DNA of 63,334 nt, the filler included, from Vannella sp. (lineage: Eukaryota), in the NCBI GenBank assembly GCA_023345925.1. It is 7 parts of 7 records of this genome, joined end to end, with 100 filler letters (N's around TTAATTAATTAA, not from the genome) between each part and the next. Parts side by side here need not be neighbours in the genome. Positions count along the whole stretch, not along the records: positions 7,532 to 26,814 come from JAJQQN010000153.1; 6 more parts are not named here. The stretch is one strand, 5' to 3'. The position numbers and the translations under genes are program-made. The notes beneath the pieces are model-generated. The model was not told the DNA's origin. It saw nothing but the letters and a program-made list of their open reading frames with translations, and did not search any database. Shown one piece after another: positions 10,601-23,770 of this stretch (position 1 is its first letter; the number at the start of each line of letters is the position of its first letter).

Positions 10601-13600
10601 ATCATCTTTGAGCCACGAGAGTACAACCCAGATGTTAATCCCATTAATTGCATCCCAGTTTCCAGTGCTGATAGGAAGGAGTATCTTGGAGGAGCTCAAA
10701 CATTGCTTGAGAGGGAGCTCCAACTCGCTCCGGACGCTATTTTAGCTCCGCTGTTGCGCCTTGTAGAAGAAGTATTGAGACTTTGCACAGGGTTCTACCA
10801 AAGCATGTTTGCCACGCTTCTTCTCTTTTTTGTTCGAATATCGTCCAGGATCTTGCGAATCAGAAAAGGCCTCCTGGAGCGAAACAGATGCAGTGCTTCG
10901 GCATCCGAAGAAGCTCTGAGTTCTTTATTAACCGGGCCAACACTACTGCTTATCGAAGATTATCGCAGACAAAGTGCTCAAGCTAACAACACATCTTACT
11001 GTGTCAAATTGAGCGTTCATGTTGCTATGATAAGAGAATTGATCTTGAGTTCAAGCACTGCAGACATCGACCACCTTCTCCTATCTCTCGCTTTTGTAGT
11101 TGTTTGGCACGCCTCGGCATGCGTTTCTGAAGCTCTACCCGAAGTTGATGTTGATGGCACTGGAAAGCGGGCAGATACAAAAGAAACGTTTGATTGCTTC
11201 TTCTCATCCTCTGAATTGCCATTCCAAGAGGTCTTCTATGCCATCGAATGCTACCGAGCTTTATTTCTCAATCACATTAACCATTTAACAATCACTCAAA
11301 GAGACTCTTTACTGGCGACCATTGCCAGAGCCAGTAGCCACGACTGCTTTGCCCGACCTGAATGCAATTCTGGATCTTGGGAACTTGCCAATGATCGAAT
11401 TGGTTGCTTTCAACAGAAGGAGAGCGGAATGGAAGTTGACATTCAGACCATGCAAGTCACCTTTGCCCGTCGGTTATTAGCTCCTATTCCTGCCGATGTC
11501 ATCAAGCATCCCCACTTCAAAGAAGTCCTTCCTCCAACAATCCAGCCTTACTGCGTTACACTCTGGCATCGGGTACGCTGCCGCGCCTTGCAAATATCCC
11601 ACGAAAGCGAAAGATTTCAGATTGAAGCTTGGAATCGAACCCCCTCTGCGAAACCCCACGAGTGGCCATCCAGAAAGTTGAATAGTGTTAGTTTCCTGGG
11701 AATAATCTACCAGCTTTGGGACAACCTCCAGCACTCCCGTCAAGTCAATCATTTGTTGAATTGGTTCTGGCCGCTCTTCGAAACCTTTTGGAAGGAGAAC
11801 GTGGTGGACAACTTGAGCGTCAGAAGGTACCTCAGAACAGATTTTGAAAATGTTTCGCCGAATAGCCGCTCGGTGGTGCTCATCAGAAGCGGAACAGAGC
11901 AGTATTGGGAAGTCTTGGTACATCCTCATCGCCCTATCTTTGAAATTTACGCAATCCTCGAAGGGGGGCACCACCTGAGTCGGTCATTAACTTTCACAAC
12001 CGATTTCCGCTGGAGTTGGCATTATCTGTCCCCTTCAACGGAGAATCGCTTGACCCCGTGGACTGCCGGAACCGACATGGCTGCAGGAGATTTTCTCGGT
12101 TGTACTACCGAGACAGCTTCGCCTTTAGATCTTCTAATTCAACGAACTCGCGTAGTTGCTAGCCATCAGCGAGAAGAGATATTCATTCCTCCTTATCTCT
12201 TACAAGGATTGATTTCAGAAGCACTTCTCCAGACTTTCTCCTTTTGGAAGGAATGCAACGGAGCTAACTTGGTTATTCGTGGATATCTCAAGCCACCAAC
12301 CATATCTCATTCTTGGCAGAGCATTCAAGAGTGGTGGGGCCATTGCCACATCATTTACGTTGACCTCGGCCATCGTGGCAATGTGGTTGTACGAAGGGTG
12401 CCTTTGGACCAGGATGGGAAAGAAGACCATTCCAATTCGTCAATCCTTATATCTCCTCAATACGTACCTCCAGATACTGAACTTGGGCGCATTATCTATC
12501 AATGTGTCCAACTAGAACCGCTCTCTCACTTGCTCATTTGGTCTCACAGCCGCGGAAATTGCGGAGAGCAGGTCGCAATCGACTACATCGAGTTCCCCAG
12601 ATTGCGATTAAGATTTAGAATGCGTTTGTCGACTTCTCTGCAGCCACAGCTTCGTCTGTACTCGATGGACCACGATAACATCTTCCTGTCGACTTCTTCA
12701 GAAGAGAAAGTCCCGGGATTGTTCACTCGTGGACTTCTTCATGGAGCTATCCTTGAGAGTGAAACAGCTCAGGCCTTTTTGCTCGTTCCGAATGATGGTT
12801 TGGCATCGGTATCTATCCGCAGCTGCCCTTTCAGTACCACTCTAATCACTATCCGGGAAGAAACAAGTCCCAGCGCTGCTTGGAAACAAGGAACTAGTGC
12901 AGCAGCGTACTATATGTATCCTTTGCACTCATCTGGGAGCTTTCTGATGTTCCCTTCTTTAGCAAGTGCTCTTTACATGGTAGTTTTATGCCTTCTCCGT
13001 CGAGATTACACGACAGCAGCATCATACATGGCTCATTGCACCCCAGACCATGATTTTACGGCAGAGGAACGCTGGATTCTCTCCCATGTCGGCCAGACAC
13101 GCTTAGATGCTCATCCGGACGCTCATGCATGTCGATTACACCTTGCTCTTCTCTGCCAGGAATACGCACCTGAAGTAGTTGACTGGTCAGTAGAAGAAGA
13201 CTTGAGCCGCTATCTCCTCAAGTACTCGCATGTTGCTTCTGATTGCCGCTTGACTTTCGCAGAAGAGAGAACTCTGCTGGAAAGATACAGGCATCACTCT
13301 GACCTTCAAGCAGACCCCGCCATCCGGCTGCGATCTCTTTATCTTCAAGCATTCGAGAATGCCCTTGCGACTGGGAAGCCCGAGACGTTTATTTTACCTC
13401 AGCCATCGGTTTTTGGTGGCTCCCGTGTACGCGCTTTGTACTATCATGCCGACCAAGCCATTAATGATCAGTTTGTTAAGCGGCCGTGCCACCTATTCTT
13501 CAACTACCAGCGTCCTGAGAGTGTCGAAAAGAGGGAACAGTCAGATGAGCATCAAGTATCCCTGGTAGTCGGATTAGATGCATTAGAGCTTCTTGATAAC

Positions 13601-16600
13601 CTCTGGGATGACAACCTTTACGGTCAAAAATGGAAAACGGGCTTTTTCCTTCTCTATGAGATGATGTTGGGGCGCGTTGACGTCCAAATTTGTGACCCAA
13701 TCGTCCCCAATCTTGCTCCTGAAGCTCTAAGCCTTGACAATACTCTCTTTGCTAGTGCGGAGGAGCAGTCTCGACGACAAATCAATCAGGCGTTTGAGTT
13801 GGAAGAAGGAATCTGCCGACGACAGAGTCGCTGTCTGAGGATGGCGAAAACTCTGACGTATTCTCTTTACTTCCGCTTTCATGTAGAAGGGCGAGGACTG
13901 CCTTCAGAGACTTCAACTTGCTTTACTATCCTTGCACTCACATTGGCCATGTTAGAAGCTGATCCGCTACATTCCAGATTTAGTGCGTCACTTCCTTACT
14001 TTCCCTACAAGCGCCTTTTACCCATGATGACAACAATTCGTCCTACAGGGCCTCCTGAACTTCGCCAGGGATTCTGGGGAGACCGTTCCCAAGGCCTAGC
14101 GGACTCGTTTGAGAAGTCACTTACACAAGCAGTCTCTAGTTATGCCAAGACGGAAGCTTGGAAGATGCAGCCGATCTTTCTTCCAACAGAGCTACAAGAA
14201 TCAACATTCTACTCTGAAAGGGGCAATCCCTTTGCAATTACAGTTCTACCGCGGTGGGCGCCGTGTCGCCCTCATGTTGACAACATCTCAAGCGCCACTT
14301 TGTTCGTCGCTCCATTCTGTGTCAACTCAGTCCATGCACTTCCTCCAGCACCTTTTGACATGTCCTGCCTGGATATTTCGGAAGAGGAGGTCAGACAATT
14401 TACCGGGCAATCTTTCTCTTGCTTGCCGTTGACGTCAATTCTACAGAACGTTCCACCCAAGGGTCAGAGCACCTACAAAGCAGGTTCAGAGGAGGATCCT
14501 CTCTTCCAAATCCGCCAAGACGACGATTTTTCACGGTCAAAAGTGGCTCACTTGATCCTTTCGCGAATGGAAAACGACGTCGAGGCACTTGCAAAGATAA
14601 CCACGGCACAATCTGGGATACAACTTGCCTCTCTCAATGCAGAGACTCTTTCTTCCCTTCAATTTCACCTTGAAGACTCTAAGGCAAACAGCGAAAGCAG
14701 ATTGGCCTGTTTCAGGTCTCTCATGAACATTGTTGATTCGCTGAGTGATTTGGAAAAGCCTCTTCTCGAACTCCAAGATTCTGACCAGACAAAGATTCGG
14801 CAGGGCTGCTTGGGTGTTGAGTTACTCGCTAATCAATTTCCCATTGACCCGACAGTTGCACCTGATGGCTTTGAAGGCCAGCAAGTGTTGGAGAAGTTAC
14901 AATTCTTGCTGCAGAGAGACGCTCAACAACGCTCATGGCTGCGTTTTGATCTGTTATGCCGTGCATTGATGTTAGAATCTCCTACTTTAGAGCTGATTCG
15001 GTTCAACCCTTTCCTCAGCTCTTCGCGCTGTATGGACACAATGAAAGCCCTGAGTGGAGTTCTCTTGCGTTCTGTCCGCCTGTGCCAGACCAACTCTGCT
15101 TTGTGTTTAATCCGGAGACTATCCGCTTCTTTAGATGCTCTTGCGACACGGCTGGTTCTATTTGACCTACCATCTTCGCTGTCTTTACTATTCTCTCACA
15201 CATTCCCATTTACAGAGCAAGTTCGAGCGTATTGCAAACAGAACCATTGTTTGATGGACTGGAATCCTTTGTTAGAAGCGCTACAAGGAATTTCCCTCAG
15301 TGGATTCAATCTCACAGCCATAGAGAGAAAGCAACTTTCTATTCTTGCACTTCATCTCAGTTTTGCCAACGAACAAGTCCCCAAAGGTAACAAATTGCTC
15401 TCCTTGCTAGATGCCGCATCCCGCCGTGTTCTCATCGGGGGTGACCGCTCACTCCAATTCCTTTCTCAACCTTTGGAGGGTTTCTTCGAGCGGGACAATG
15501 ACACTGACATTGTCTTATCACTTCATAACATTGAGCATACTGCCAGTGCCTTATCTTCTCTCCTTCATGAAAGCCGGCACTACTCTCAGCCCACAGAAGA
15601 TACCAGCGAGTATATACTGGATCCTCGTTTTCTAGTCTTCGAGTTTGTGTCCGGATTTTCCCTTCGCAAACGACAAGTGGAATTGGTGAACGAGTTTGTT
15701 GGAAGTGTCCGCTCCCGGAAGAGTGCAGTGCATCAAATGATTATGGGCGCTGGAAAGACAACCGTTATCTGTCCACTTTTAGCTCTTTTGTTGGCAGATG
15801 GGAGATCTCTGGTCACCCAAATAGTCCCCCAAGCGCTTTTGGAGATGTCCAGAGGTGTGCTGCGCACTGCATTCTCTTACATCATCCGAAAGAAAGTAGT
15901 TTCCTTCGAGTTTGACCGTCAAACAGGAGATTCCCTCGACAACCAGCTGCGGCCTTTGATGGAACAACTTCGATTGAAGCTGAAACTGGCGCAGGAAAAC
16001 GCTAGTTTGGTTTGTACCACACCAGAGACCATCAAAAGTCTATTACTAATGTATTTGGATCTTCTGAATACCGTTGAGCGCACTCAGAGAGACTATGATG
16101 CCAAGCTAGTCGTCCTCTCGGAGCTGAAGAATCGTGAAGAAGACGAAAAGCTGTATTTAGTCGAGGAAGAACAAAGCCGACTAATGTCAGAACTGATTCA
16201 GGAGAACGAAGCGACTGCTGATGTTCTCCGCGATATCATCCAGCTCTGGAGTAGTGAAAGTGGTGGGATAGCTCTACTGGATGAAGTGGACTCCGTTCTT
16301 CATCCTTTGCGATCTGAATTGAATTTTCCGATTGGCCTTCGAACTCCTCTGGCAGATGGAATGTTCCGCTTCTCCTTACCCTTCCATTTGTGGGGAGTAT
16401 TATTGCAAGATCAAGGTCACCAATGTCTAAGTCAGTATTCGGTCTGCCCCTTTGATGACAGAGCGGCAAGAATCCAAGCCGCAATTCAATCTGCTCTTGC
16501 CTTGGGATTAAGCCAGATGGCTCTGCAAAGTAGTCCCCATTTGGTGCTCTTAGATCGCTGTTTTTACCAACAGCACCTCCAGGAGCCTCTTGCTTGTTGG

Positions 16601-19129
16601 GCCTATCATTGGCTCCAACAGCAGAGGCAGTGGAATTCTCAGGACATCGTGGAGGACCTCGCAATCAGGTACATTTCTGGTGATGTCCAAGAGAACCATC
16701 CTTGTCCGAGCGTTTATGGTGCAAGAATGCGCCTTCTCAATTTGTGCCGAGAGTGGGTGATCAATCTTCTTCCCCACTGTCTCTCGAAGATAAGTAGAGT
16801 CCATTATGGCCTTCTACAATCAAACACGGTCACTACTGCCTCCACAAGAACCCTCTTAGCGGTTCCTTTTGTTGGAAAAGATGCTCCTGCACCAGCCTCT
16901 GAATTCGCGCACCCAGATGTTCTCCTCGGACTGACCATTTCCGCGTACCACCACGAAGGACTTCGCCATGGAGACATTGTCCGGCTTATCTCCCATCTTC
17001 AGTCTCAAATGCAACTCGAAATCGGCCCCTATTGTGAACGTGGCTCTCACATACGATACACGAGCTGGATGAGCGAATCTAGCAAATCCAGTCATGAGAG
17101 CTCAGGGGATTCCCTCCCGCTGGAAAGCATTTCTGTTCATGATGCGGATGCACTCAGACGACCCTGTCAAGTGTTAAAACACTCTCCTGACGCCCTCAAA
17201 TACTACCTTTGCCAAGTTGTATTTCCTATGGCAATGCGACACCAGTCTGTGAAGCTCCAAGCGACTGGATATGACCTCGGGAGTGATATGCTCTTTGGTT
17301 GCTGCTTGGGCTTCTCGGGAACTCCCTCAGATGTACTACCGAGTGCTCTTCAACCTTGTCGTTTCGAAGTCGGATCAGAAGCTCACATCCTGTCATCTTT
17401 GCTGAATCCTGAGATAGTCTCTGTAGACTGCCTTCCTATCAGCCGGGATTCTTGGAACGTGACGCAACTTGTGACTCATGTAGCAACTTCACTCAACCAA
17501 AAAGGGCAATTCCCCTCTGCTTTCATTGATGCAGGAGCGCTGATTACAGGACTCAGCAACGAGCAAGTGGCGCGAGAGCTCCTGTTAAGAGGGCTCTCTC
17601 ACTGTGAAGGATGCATCTTCTTGGATGAGCGAGACCGCCCAGTTGTTGTGGACAGGACGAATGCTGCTCCTATTCCCCTGCACAGAAGTGGTATTGCTCT
17701 TACGAAGCGTTTTACGTTCTATGACCAAGTCCACACCACTGGCATGGACATCAAGCAAAGAGCTGATGCCAACGCTATTGTATCTATTGGGAAGGATACC
17801 ACATTCAGAGACTATGCTCAAGCGTGTTGGCGCCTGCGAGGGTTAGGTCAAGGCCAGTCCCTGAGGGTCATGTTAACCCCAGAGGTCCGCAACATGGTCC
17901 TCCCCGAGACATGCAGAAGCAACGATGAATTGATGCCGTTTTTAGTCAGCTGGTTGCTACGGAACTCAATTAAGAGTGAGCAGATTCAACATATGCAACT
18001 CGGACAACAAGCTCTTTCCCATTCCTACCGCAAGGTAGCTCTCCGAACACTATTGGCCTCTTCCATGTCCAAGGAAACAAATTCTGTTCCGAAGTCTCGA
18101 TTTACCGACCAAAAGTCACTTGTCGCATCTGTGAAAGTGTTCCAGGAGGACGTGAATCACACACTCTCCGACTTTTGGGCATTGCAACAACAAAGTCACG
18201 CGCAAAAAGTTATTGAGATGGTTTCAAGTCGCTGCCAGACTCTGAGTGAAGCTGGTTTACTCCTGAGTGAGCAAGAAAGCGAGAGAAACGAAATTTGGCT
18301 TTATCAATTAGAAAAGGAAGCTTCTCAAATTAGCAGGAGGACTGGGGCTGCCGTTTCTTTGGATACTGAAGTTGTTCAAGAACAAGAACAGCAGCAGGAA
18401 AAGCAGGCCCAGCACCGCACTCTCTTTCAAGGCAAATATGCAAAAGAGAAAGAATTAACCGTTTTCTGGTTCCTATCGCCCAGTGCTAATGACACTGGTG
18501 TCCGCCTGCGACGACAACAGCATCCACTCAATTTCTATCAAGAACCTCTTCACAGTCTCGCGCTTTACTCGATGTTCACCCCCAACAGTAAGAAACGGCT
18601 GGAGTTTCCTGATTGCGTTCAAGTCACAAGAAATCATTCTCATCCTGTTCACCGATCAGAAAATCAACGAAGACTCAAGCGGGTGCACGTTGTTCTTGTG
18701 TCATTGACTGAAAATGGGCCTACATCTACCATTGTATCCCTCGCAGAAGCTGAAGCTCTGGTTTCTGCACTCCTCCAACAAAGCCTCCACATCCCTTTCC
18801 AGTCGGGTGGGTCTAGTCCAACAATCGGTCTGATGGATGTTCAAGGACATTGGTTATTCCCATTCGGTCCACTTAGTCAACAAGAGGAGACCACTATTTC
18901 CATACAGCTGCAATGCATTCGCCTTTGGAATTGTGAAGTGCGCTTTGATCTCGAAGATGCCAAAGCTCTTTCCTGCGCTATTCCATCTCCTCCTCAAGAT
19001 AGAGAGGCATTTTGGCAGATGCTATTGCTGTGCCACAAGAAGAGCGATCAAACTGTTGGCTGCGTTCCCGGAAGGAAACTGACCACCCCTCTTCGCCTCT
19101 TTTTTGGCGGATCCAGTAAAAAGTCGTAA
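7638..19129 (+). CDS. Giant (~3,813 aa) DUF3638/DUF3645 P-loop SF2-helicase-like protein with an N-terminal putative cysteine-protease domain; one intron 8122-8171
   Basis: Walker A HQMIMGAGKTT, Walker B LLDEVD, GFSGT, FYDQVHTTGMDIK, QACWRLRGLG, and the DUF3645-type AVPFVGKDAPAPASEFAHPDV. Splicing joins NGGWLVAYRAHKS to RGHAVIYIIER. The true start could lie in the gap. Confidence 0.85.
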
Positions 19130-19706
19130 GCGAACAAATTCCAAGTCTTAAAGCGAATAAATGAATAATCTACGCAACATCACCAAATCGAGGATTGCGT
19201 CTGCGGAGGTTTGGATGTGAAAGGCTCGGGTTCTGTGCTTTTAATGACGAAGGTAAATGATTGGAGACCGGCATGCTTTGCCTGAGTGTTTCTCCTCTTT
19301 CCTTGAGCATCGCCGCTCTTCTCTCACTTGCAAACGCACTCGCGTCGAATTGTAAGCGAAAGCCTCCAAAGATGCGCTTGTCGCAGGACTACTTCAAACC
19401 TGTTCTGTGCATCATGACAACAGCTCTTCTGGCGTCTGAAAAGAGCAAATCCTTCATTGTACACCTCTTGTCGCATTCACAAGGTCTTTCGCAATCGATA
19501 CCTAGAGCTCATCTGGCAACAATGCTCTCCACTTTTCAACGTTGAAGTTCACAGACAAGCAAAAAGTGAGTCATTATCAGCCGCAATGAGGGTTGCGCCG
19601 ACTTTCCTATTTCGCAGTTTGGGCGCATTTGATTACGCCCAAGTTTCCTCTTCCGAAAGCGCTTCTATGAAAAGGCGTCTGAGATGGATTCAACCACTTT
19701 ATTGCT

Positions 19707-21404
19707 TTAGAAGAGCATCACAAGAGCGAAGAAGGTGGAGGAGATCAACATCGCAGCAGAGCTGGCGGCGACTGCACTGTTTCCGTTGTTACCGCTGTTC
19801 GCGTTGCCGCTATTGCCGTTGTTACCGTTGCTGATGCTGTTACCGTTGCTGTTGCTGTTACCGTTGCTGTTGGAGGGAATACTGATCGTGGGAACGGACA
19901 CAGTGGGCAGAGTGACTGTTGGTACCGAGATAGTAGGCACAGTGACGGTGGGAATGGAGATAGTGGGCACAGAGACGGTGGGCTTGGAGACAGTCACGTA
20001 AATCACGGAGGCGCTTTTGTCATTGAGCTGCTGGCCGGGGCGGAAGTTGAAATCGATATCGTTACTGCTCAAAGGGTTGCCGAAAAGAAGTGCGCAAGTG
20101 AAGTCAGGGCAAGCGCAGAGAACAATGCAAGGTCCTGATTCAGAAGGGGTGGCGGAAGGCGACTCAGAAGGGGCGGGAGTCTCTGAAGGCGAAGGAGAGG
20201 GAGTTCGAGACTCAGAAGGGCTGGAAGACTCTGCAGGAGTCTGGGAAGGAGTGGACGAGGCGGAACGCGATTCAGAAGCAGTGGCGGACTCCGATTTGCT
20301 CTCGGAACCAGAAGCAGACTCTGATCTAGAGGCAGAGCTGGAACGAGACTCGGAAGCAGTGGCAGAGTTGGATCGAGACTCAGAAGCAGTAGCAGACTCG
20401 GATTTGGACGCAGAACTGGAGCGGGATTCCGAAGCGGTGGCAGAGTTGGAACGAGACTCAGATGCTGTTGCAGACTCAGACTTAGAATCAGAGGCCGATC
20501 GAGACGGGGTTGCGCTTTGAGAAGGATCAGGAGTGGGAGTTCGGCTGGCAGTATTGGATTTGCTCTCCGAGTTGCTTCCAGAGTTCGATTTGCTTTCAGA
20601 GGCAGATCTAGATTCGGAAGGAGTTGAAGAGCCTGGGCCAGAAACGCTCTTGGAAGGAGTGTTGGAGTTCGATGCACTGGGATTAGGCAAGCCGAAAGTT
20701 CCAAGCTGATAAACAGTCGCGTCTACAGCATCAGTGGAAGGGATAGTGAGCTCAATGGCACCAATCTTCAGCTTGTTGCAGGTTCCGACGAAGCTAGTGA
20801 AAGGAATATCTCTCAGAATCTGAGCTTTGGTGTAGGATCCAGAGCCACCGGCAGAGACAGCGAAGGAAGTCGAACCTTTGCAGGTGAGACCATTAATATC
20901 GTACAACTCGATGGAGAACTGAGATGCAAGATCAGACAGACAGTAGAAGCGCACACCAAGGGCGAGTCCTCCGTCAGTAATGTCGATACCAGAGGATCCA
21001 AGGCCGGTCAAAAGGAGCTTGACGAAATCAGAGTCGTTTCCGTCATACTGCAAGTAAGAGACGGATTTGCCGTTCTTAGGGCTGGAAACCTCCCATTGTC
21101 CCTTGAAGTCGAAGGTAGTGGACGAGAAGATCTGAGAAGTGAATGATCGGCCAATAGGCGTTTCCGCAACCTCGATGCGCATGTCTCGGCCGCATCCGAT
21201 CAACTCATTGGAGTCGCAAGCTGCCAAGAAACTGGAGTCACCGTTGACGACCTTGGGATCACCAGCCTTGACAATAGAACTGGCAACGAAGATTACCTTT
21301 TGGTCTACGTTAATAGAGAAGGAGTCGATTGTGAACCTGTCAACGTTCTGGGCGAAGAGTGCCGACGCAAAGAAGAGCACCAAGAAAAGTGAAGAACCTC
21401 CCAT
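19707..21404 (-). CDS. Secreted or GPI-anchored Ser/Thr-rich cell-surface protein
   Basis: Signal peptide MGGSSLFLVLFFASALFA, Cys-containing globular N-domain, SESRS/SATA and TPSPS repeats, PTISVPT repeats, Asn/Gly tract and a hydrophobic C-terminal GPI-like signal. Confidence 0.8.
   Translation of the reverse strand: MGGSSLFLVLFFASALFAQNVDRFTIDSFSINVDQKVIFVASSIVKAGDPKVVNGDSSFLAACDSNELIGCGRDMRIEVAETPIGRSFTSQIFSSTTFDFKGQWEVSSPKNGKSVSYLQYDGNDSDFVKLLLTGLGSSGIDITDGGLALGVRFYCLSDLASQFSIELYDINGLTCKGSTSFAVSAGGSGSYTKAQILRDIPFTSFVGTCNKLKIGAIELTIPSTDAVDATVYQLGTFGLPNPSASNSNTPSKSVSGPGSSTPSESRSASESKSNSGSNSESKSNTASRTPTPDPSQSATPSRSASDSKSESATASESRSNSATASESRSSSASKSESATASESRSNSATASESRSSSASRSESASGSESKSESATASESRSASSTPSQTPAESSSPSESRTPSPSPSETPAPSESPSATPSESGPCIVLCACPDFTCALLFGNPLSSNDIDFNFRPGQQLNDKSASVIYVTVSKPTVSVPTISIPTVTVPTISVPTVTLPTVSVPTISIPSNSNGNSNSNGNSISNGNNGNSGNANSGNNGNSAVAASSAAMLISSTFFALVMLF
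20160..20600 (-). repeat. Coding tandem repeats (SES[RK]S...SATA units)
   Basis: Repeated GACTC[AG]GAAGC[AG]GT[GA]GCAGA units on the + strand. Confidence 0.8.
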
Positions 21405-22919
21405 TGTTGAGAAGAATGATTCTGTAAAGAGAAAACAAAGACTTATAGTCTCCTCCCGGCATCTCCTTGGGCTATTCTTTATCACTCAATCAATTTGGAT
21501 CCACAGAAGCTTCCATTTACCATTTCAGGCGATTTCTTCTCCGCCAAAGGAGTTCCAACGCAACAATCATTTCCGCTATTAACAAGCCCAACTTATGACC
21601 ACTCACTTTGAAATAAAAAGAATCTTTTTTCTGGGCGTCGCCGCCGATCGATCGCAGGCGAAAGAGTTCGCTCCCTCAGACTGAGAGGAGAAAATCCTTG
21701 AGAGAGGGTTCCAAAACTCTTGTTTGCAGAGTGTCCTGATGACATCCGTCTTGCATTTGAGGTCCTGATCCTTTTTCTTGGCTGTCCACCGGGAGCGGCT
21801 CTCGCTTCGTCGGATCAAGACTCAAGTCCGCTTTGAGGTACCTGGAACCGACCGTAAGAGGCTCTTCTTTCCTTCGCTGGTGAAAGCCGTGTAGGAGGTG
21901 TGGTGGCTTAACCAGCAAAGCGGAAATCTTATGGGGCGAAGCAAGAGCCCGAGGTTGAACGAGGTAATCGGCAGCACTTGCCCTGGTCGAGCAAGGGAAA
22001 GAACGAAAGGACTAGAGAAGGTTGAAGTCCACAATCATCATAAGGTGGAGCTTTGTCTGATGACAAGCGGACATGGCCTATGTATCCGATCTGGCCTCCG
22101 CAAAACGGTTTAGTCGGGTTTCTTTCCTTAACGCTGCTTGCTTTTTGCGAAGCACTTGGCCTGTAACGATGGCTCTGATTCCGATTTCCTCACAACGAGA
22201 TCACCCAAATGCTGGTGCAAAAGGGAGGAAGTTGTCGTAAGGTGCGTGGAGGAAAGGAATTAAAGGTGAAACTGACAGAAGCACAGGAACAAGCCCAATT
22301 GGACCTGTTCTTGGGAAGCAATCCAACCGCAATTTGCGAGTCTGGACGGCGCTTACCTCACCGGTGAGTGATGGCACATCCTTATCCACAAAAAGGGTGT
22401 TAATCGTTTTTAAGAGCTTCCTGTAGAGTTCTGTGAGGATGGATGGCTTGGAGATAGGCCACTTGGTCTGGATATGTTGTTCAAACAAGTGGGATAGTGG
22501 GAGTATGGCATGCCTCTACAAGCCAACCTAAGAAGTGTTCAAGGCTAAACAAGCGTTTTCCCTCCTCTGCACTTGAAGCTGGCAGTCTACCTCCAATTGC
22601 ACTCCCATTCTCAATTACAAGAGGAGCGCCCGGTAGGGAATGATTCCCTTTTTTCATAAGAGCGTCTCAAGAAGTAGCATCGATCAATAGGAGTGAAGAA
22701 GCTCTTTGCTGGAGAATCATTGTGAGCATAAGCACATTGAAATCTTCCATTGATTCTACCAAACCGGCTGCCCTTGGCATCTGTGAGAGCTTTATGAATC
22801 GGCTTAACCAAAGCCCAAGGGAACTGAGTTTCTTTGGATTCTTAAACAAGTTCCGCCTCCCACAAGGAGTGCTCAAGTGTGCAAACCATCAAGATGTGGC
22901 GAAGATGAATTTCTTGCGT

Positions 22920-23621
22920 TTATCTTGACTTCATCTTCTCAGTCTGGCACCCAGTCACTCGAACTGGTATTTGCAAGCGAAATGGCGCACTTTGAGGTAC
23001 TGCTTCCATGAGGACATCACAAAGGCGGCTCCTACAGAATGGTACGCAATCAGGCCAAAGGCAATCCCCACCCAAATAAAAAATGCAATGATATCAACCA
23101 GAGAGAGCCCTGCGAACGAAACAAACAAGAGATACACTGAGGTGACAGCAAAGGAGAGAATCGCAGTGACGACCAACTGAGCGAGCAGAATGGAGGTCGC
23201 CTGCGCCCATTAGGTTAGCATATAGACCAAACCTCTCCTGTCTTACAGTTGCGATGATCATAGGGCTTTTCCTGGCCACTCCAGCGATAACGAAGGAGAC
23301 ACACACCAAAGGGAGGGTGGCAAAGGAAAGTCCCAAGGTGAGCGAGAGACTCCAATACCCTGCTTCAATCAAGTAAAAGAATGCCGGGAACCAGCACCAG
23401 AGGAGTCCCACGAGCCACTCCACCACAGAGAACACCTTTGCAATGTAAGCCGCGCTCATCTCCCCACTCCACTCCCCACGCACCAGCATAAGTCCACTCA
23501 GCAACCAAAACGTGTTATTAAACCTCTCCCCCAACTGCTGGTCGACCGCAGGAGACTCTGAGCCCACGGAATGGAGCGGTTCATACACGGGAGCGGAGCT
23601 CCCCAACCCCAACGCCTCCAT
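22920..23621 (-). CDS. Small multi-pass (about 4 TM) membrane protein; introns 23201-23246 and 22944-22990
   Basis: GT-AG introns restore a continuous frame with several hydrophobic helices, ending TEKMKSR*. Confidence 0.6.
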
Positions 23622-23770
23622 CACAACAATGATCCCTCCCAGTCAAATCTACTCCAATCTACTCCTTCTTAATCAATTTGCTGTCAGGCTATTAGAGAGC
23701 TTTAATTGGAGCCGCACTGGAGACATTTCCCCTCCGATCCATTCTTTTCCAAAAAGGGAAAAAATGAAAA

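Noticed and set aside
20017..20520. Long + strand acidic ORF (DSEAVA repeats)
   Set aside because: Antisense shadow of the Ser-rich repeats of the minus-strand surface protein.
21600..22900. Several short ORFs on both strands
   Set aside because: No recognisable motifs or consistent splice path; probably degenerate or noncoding.
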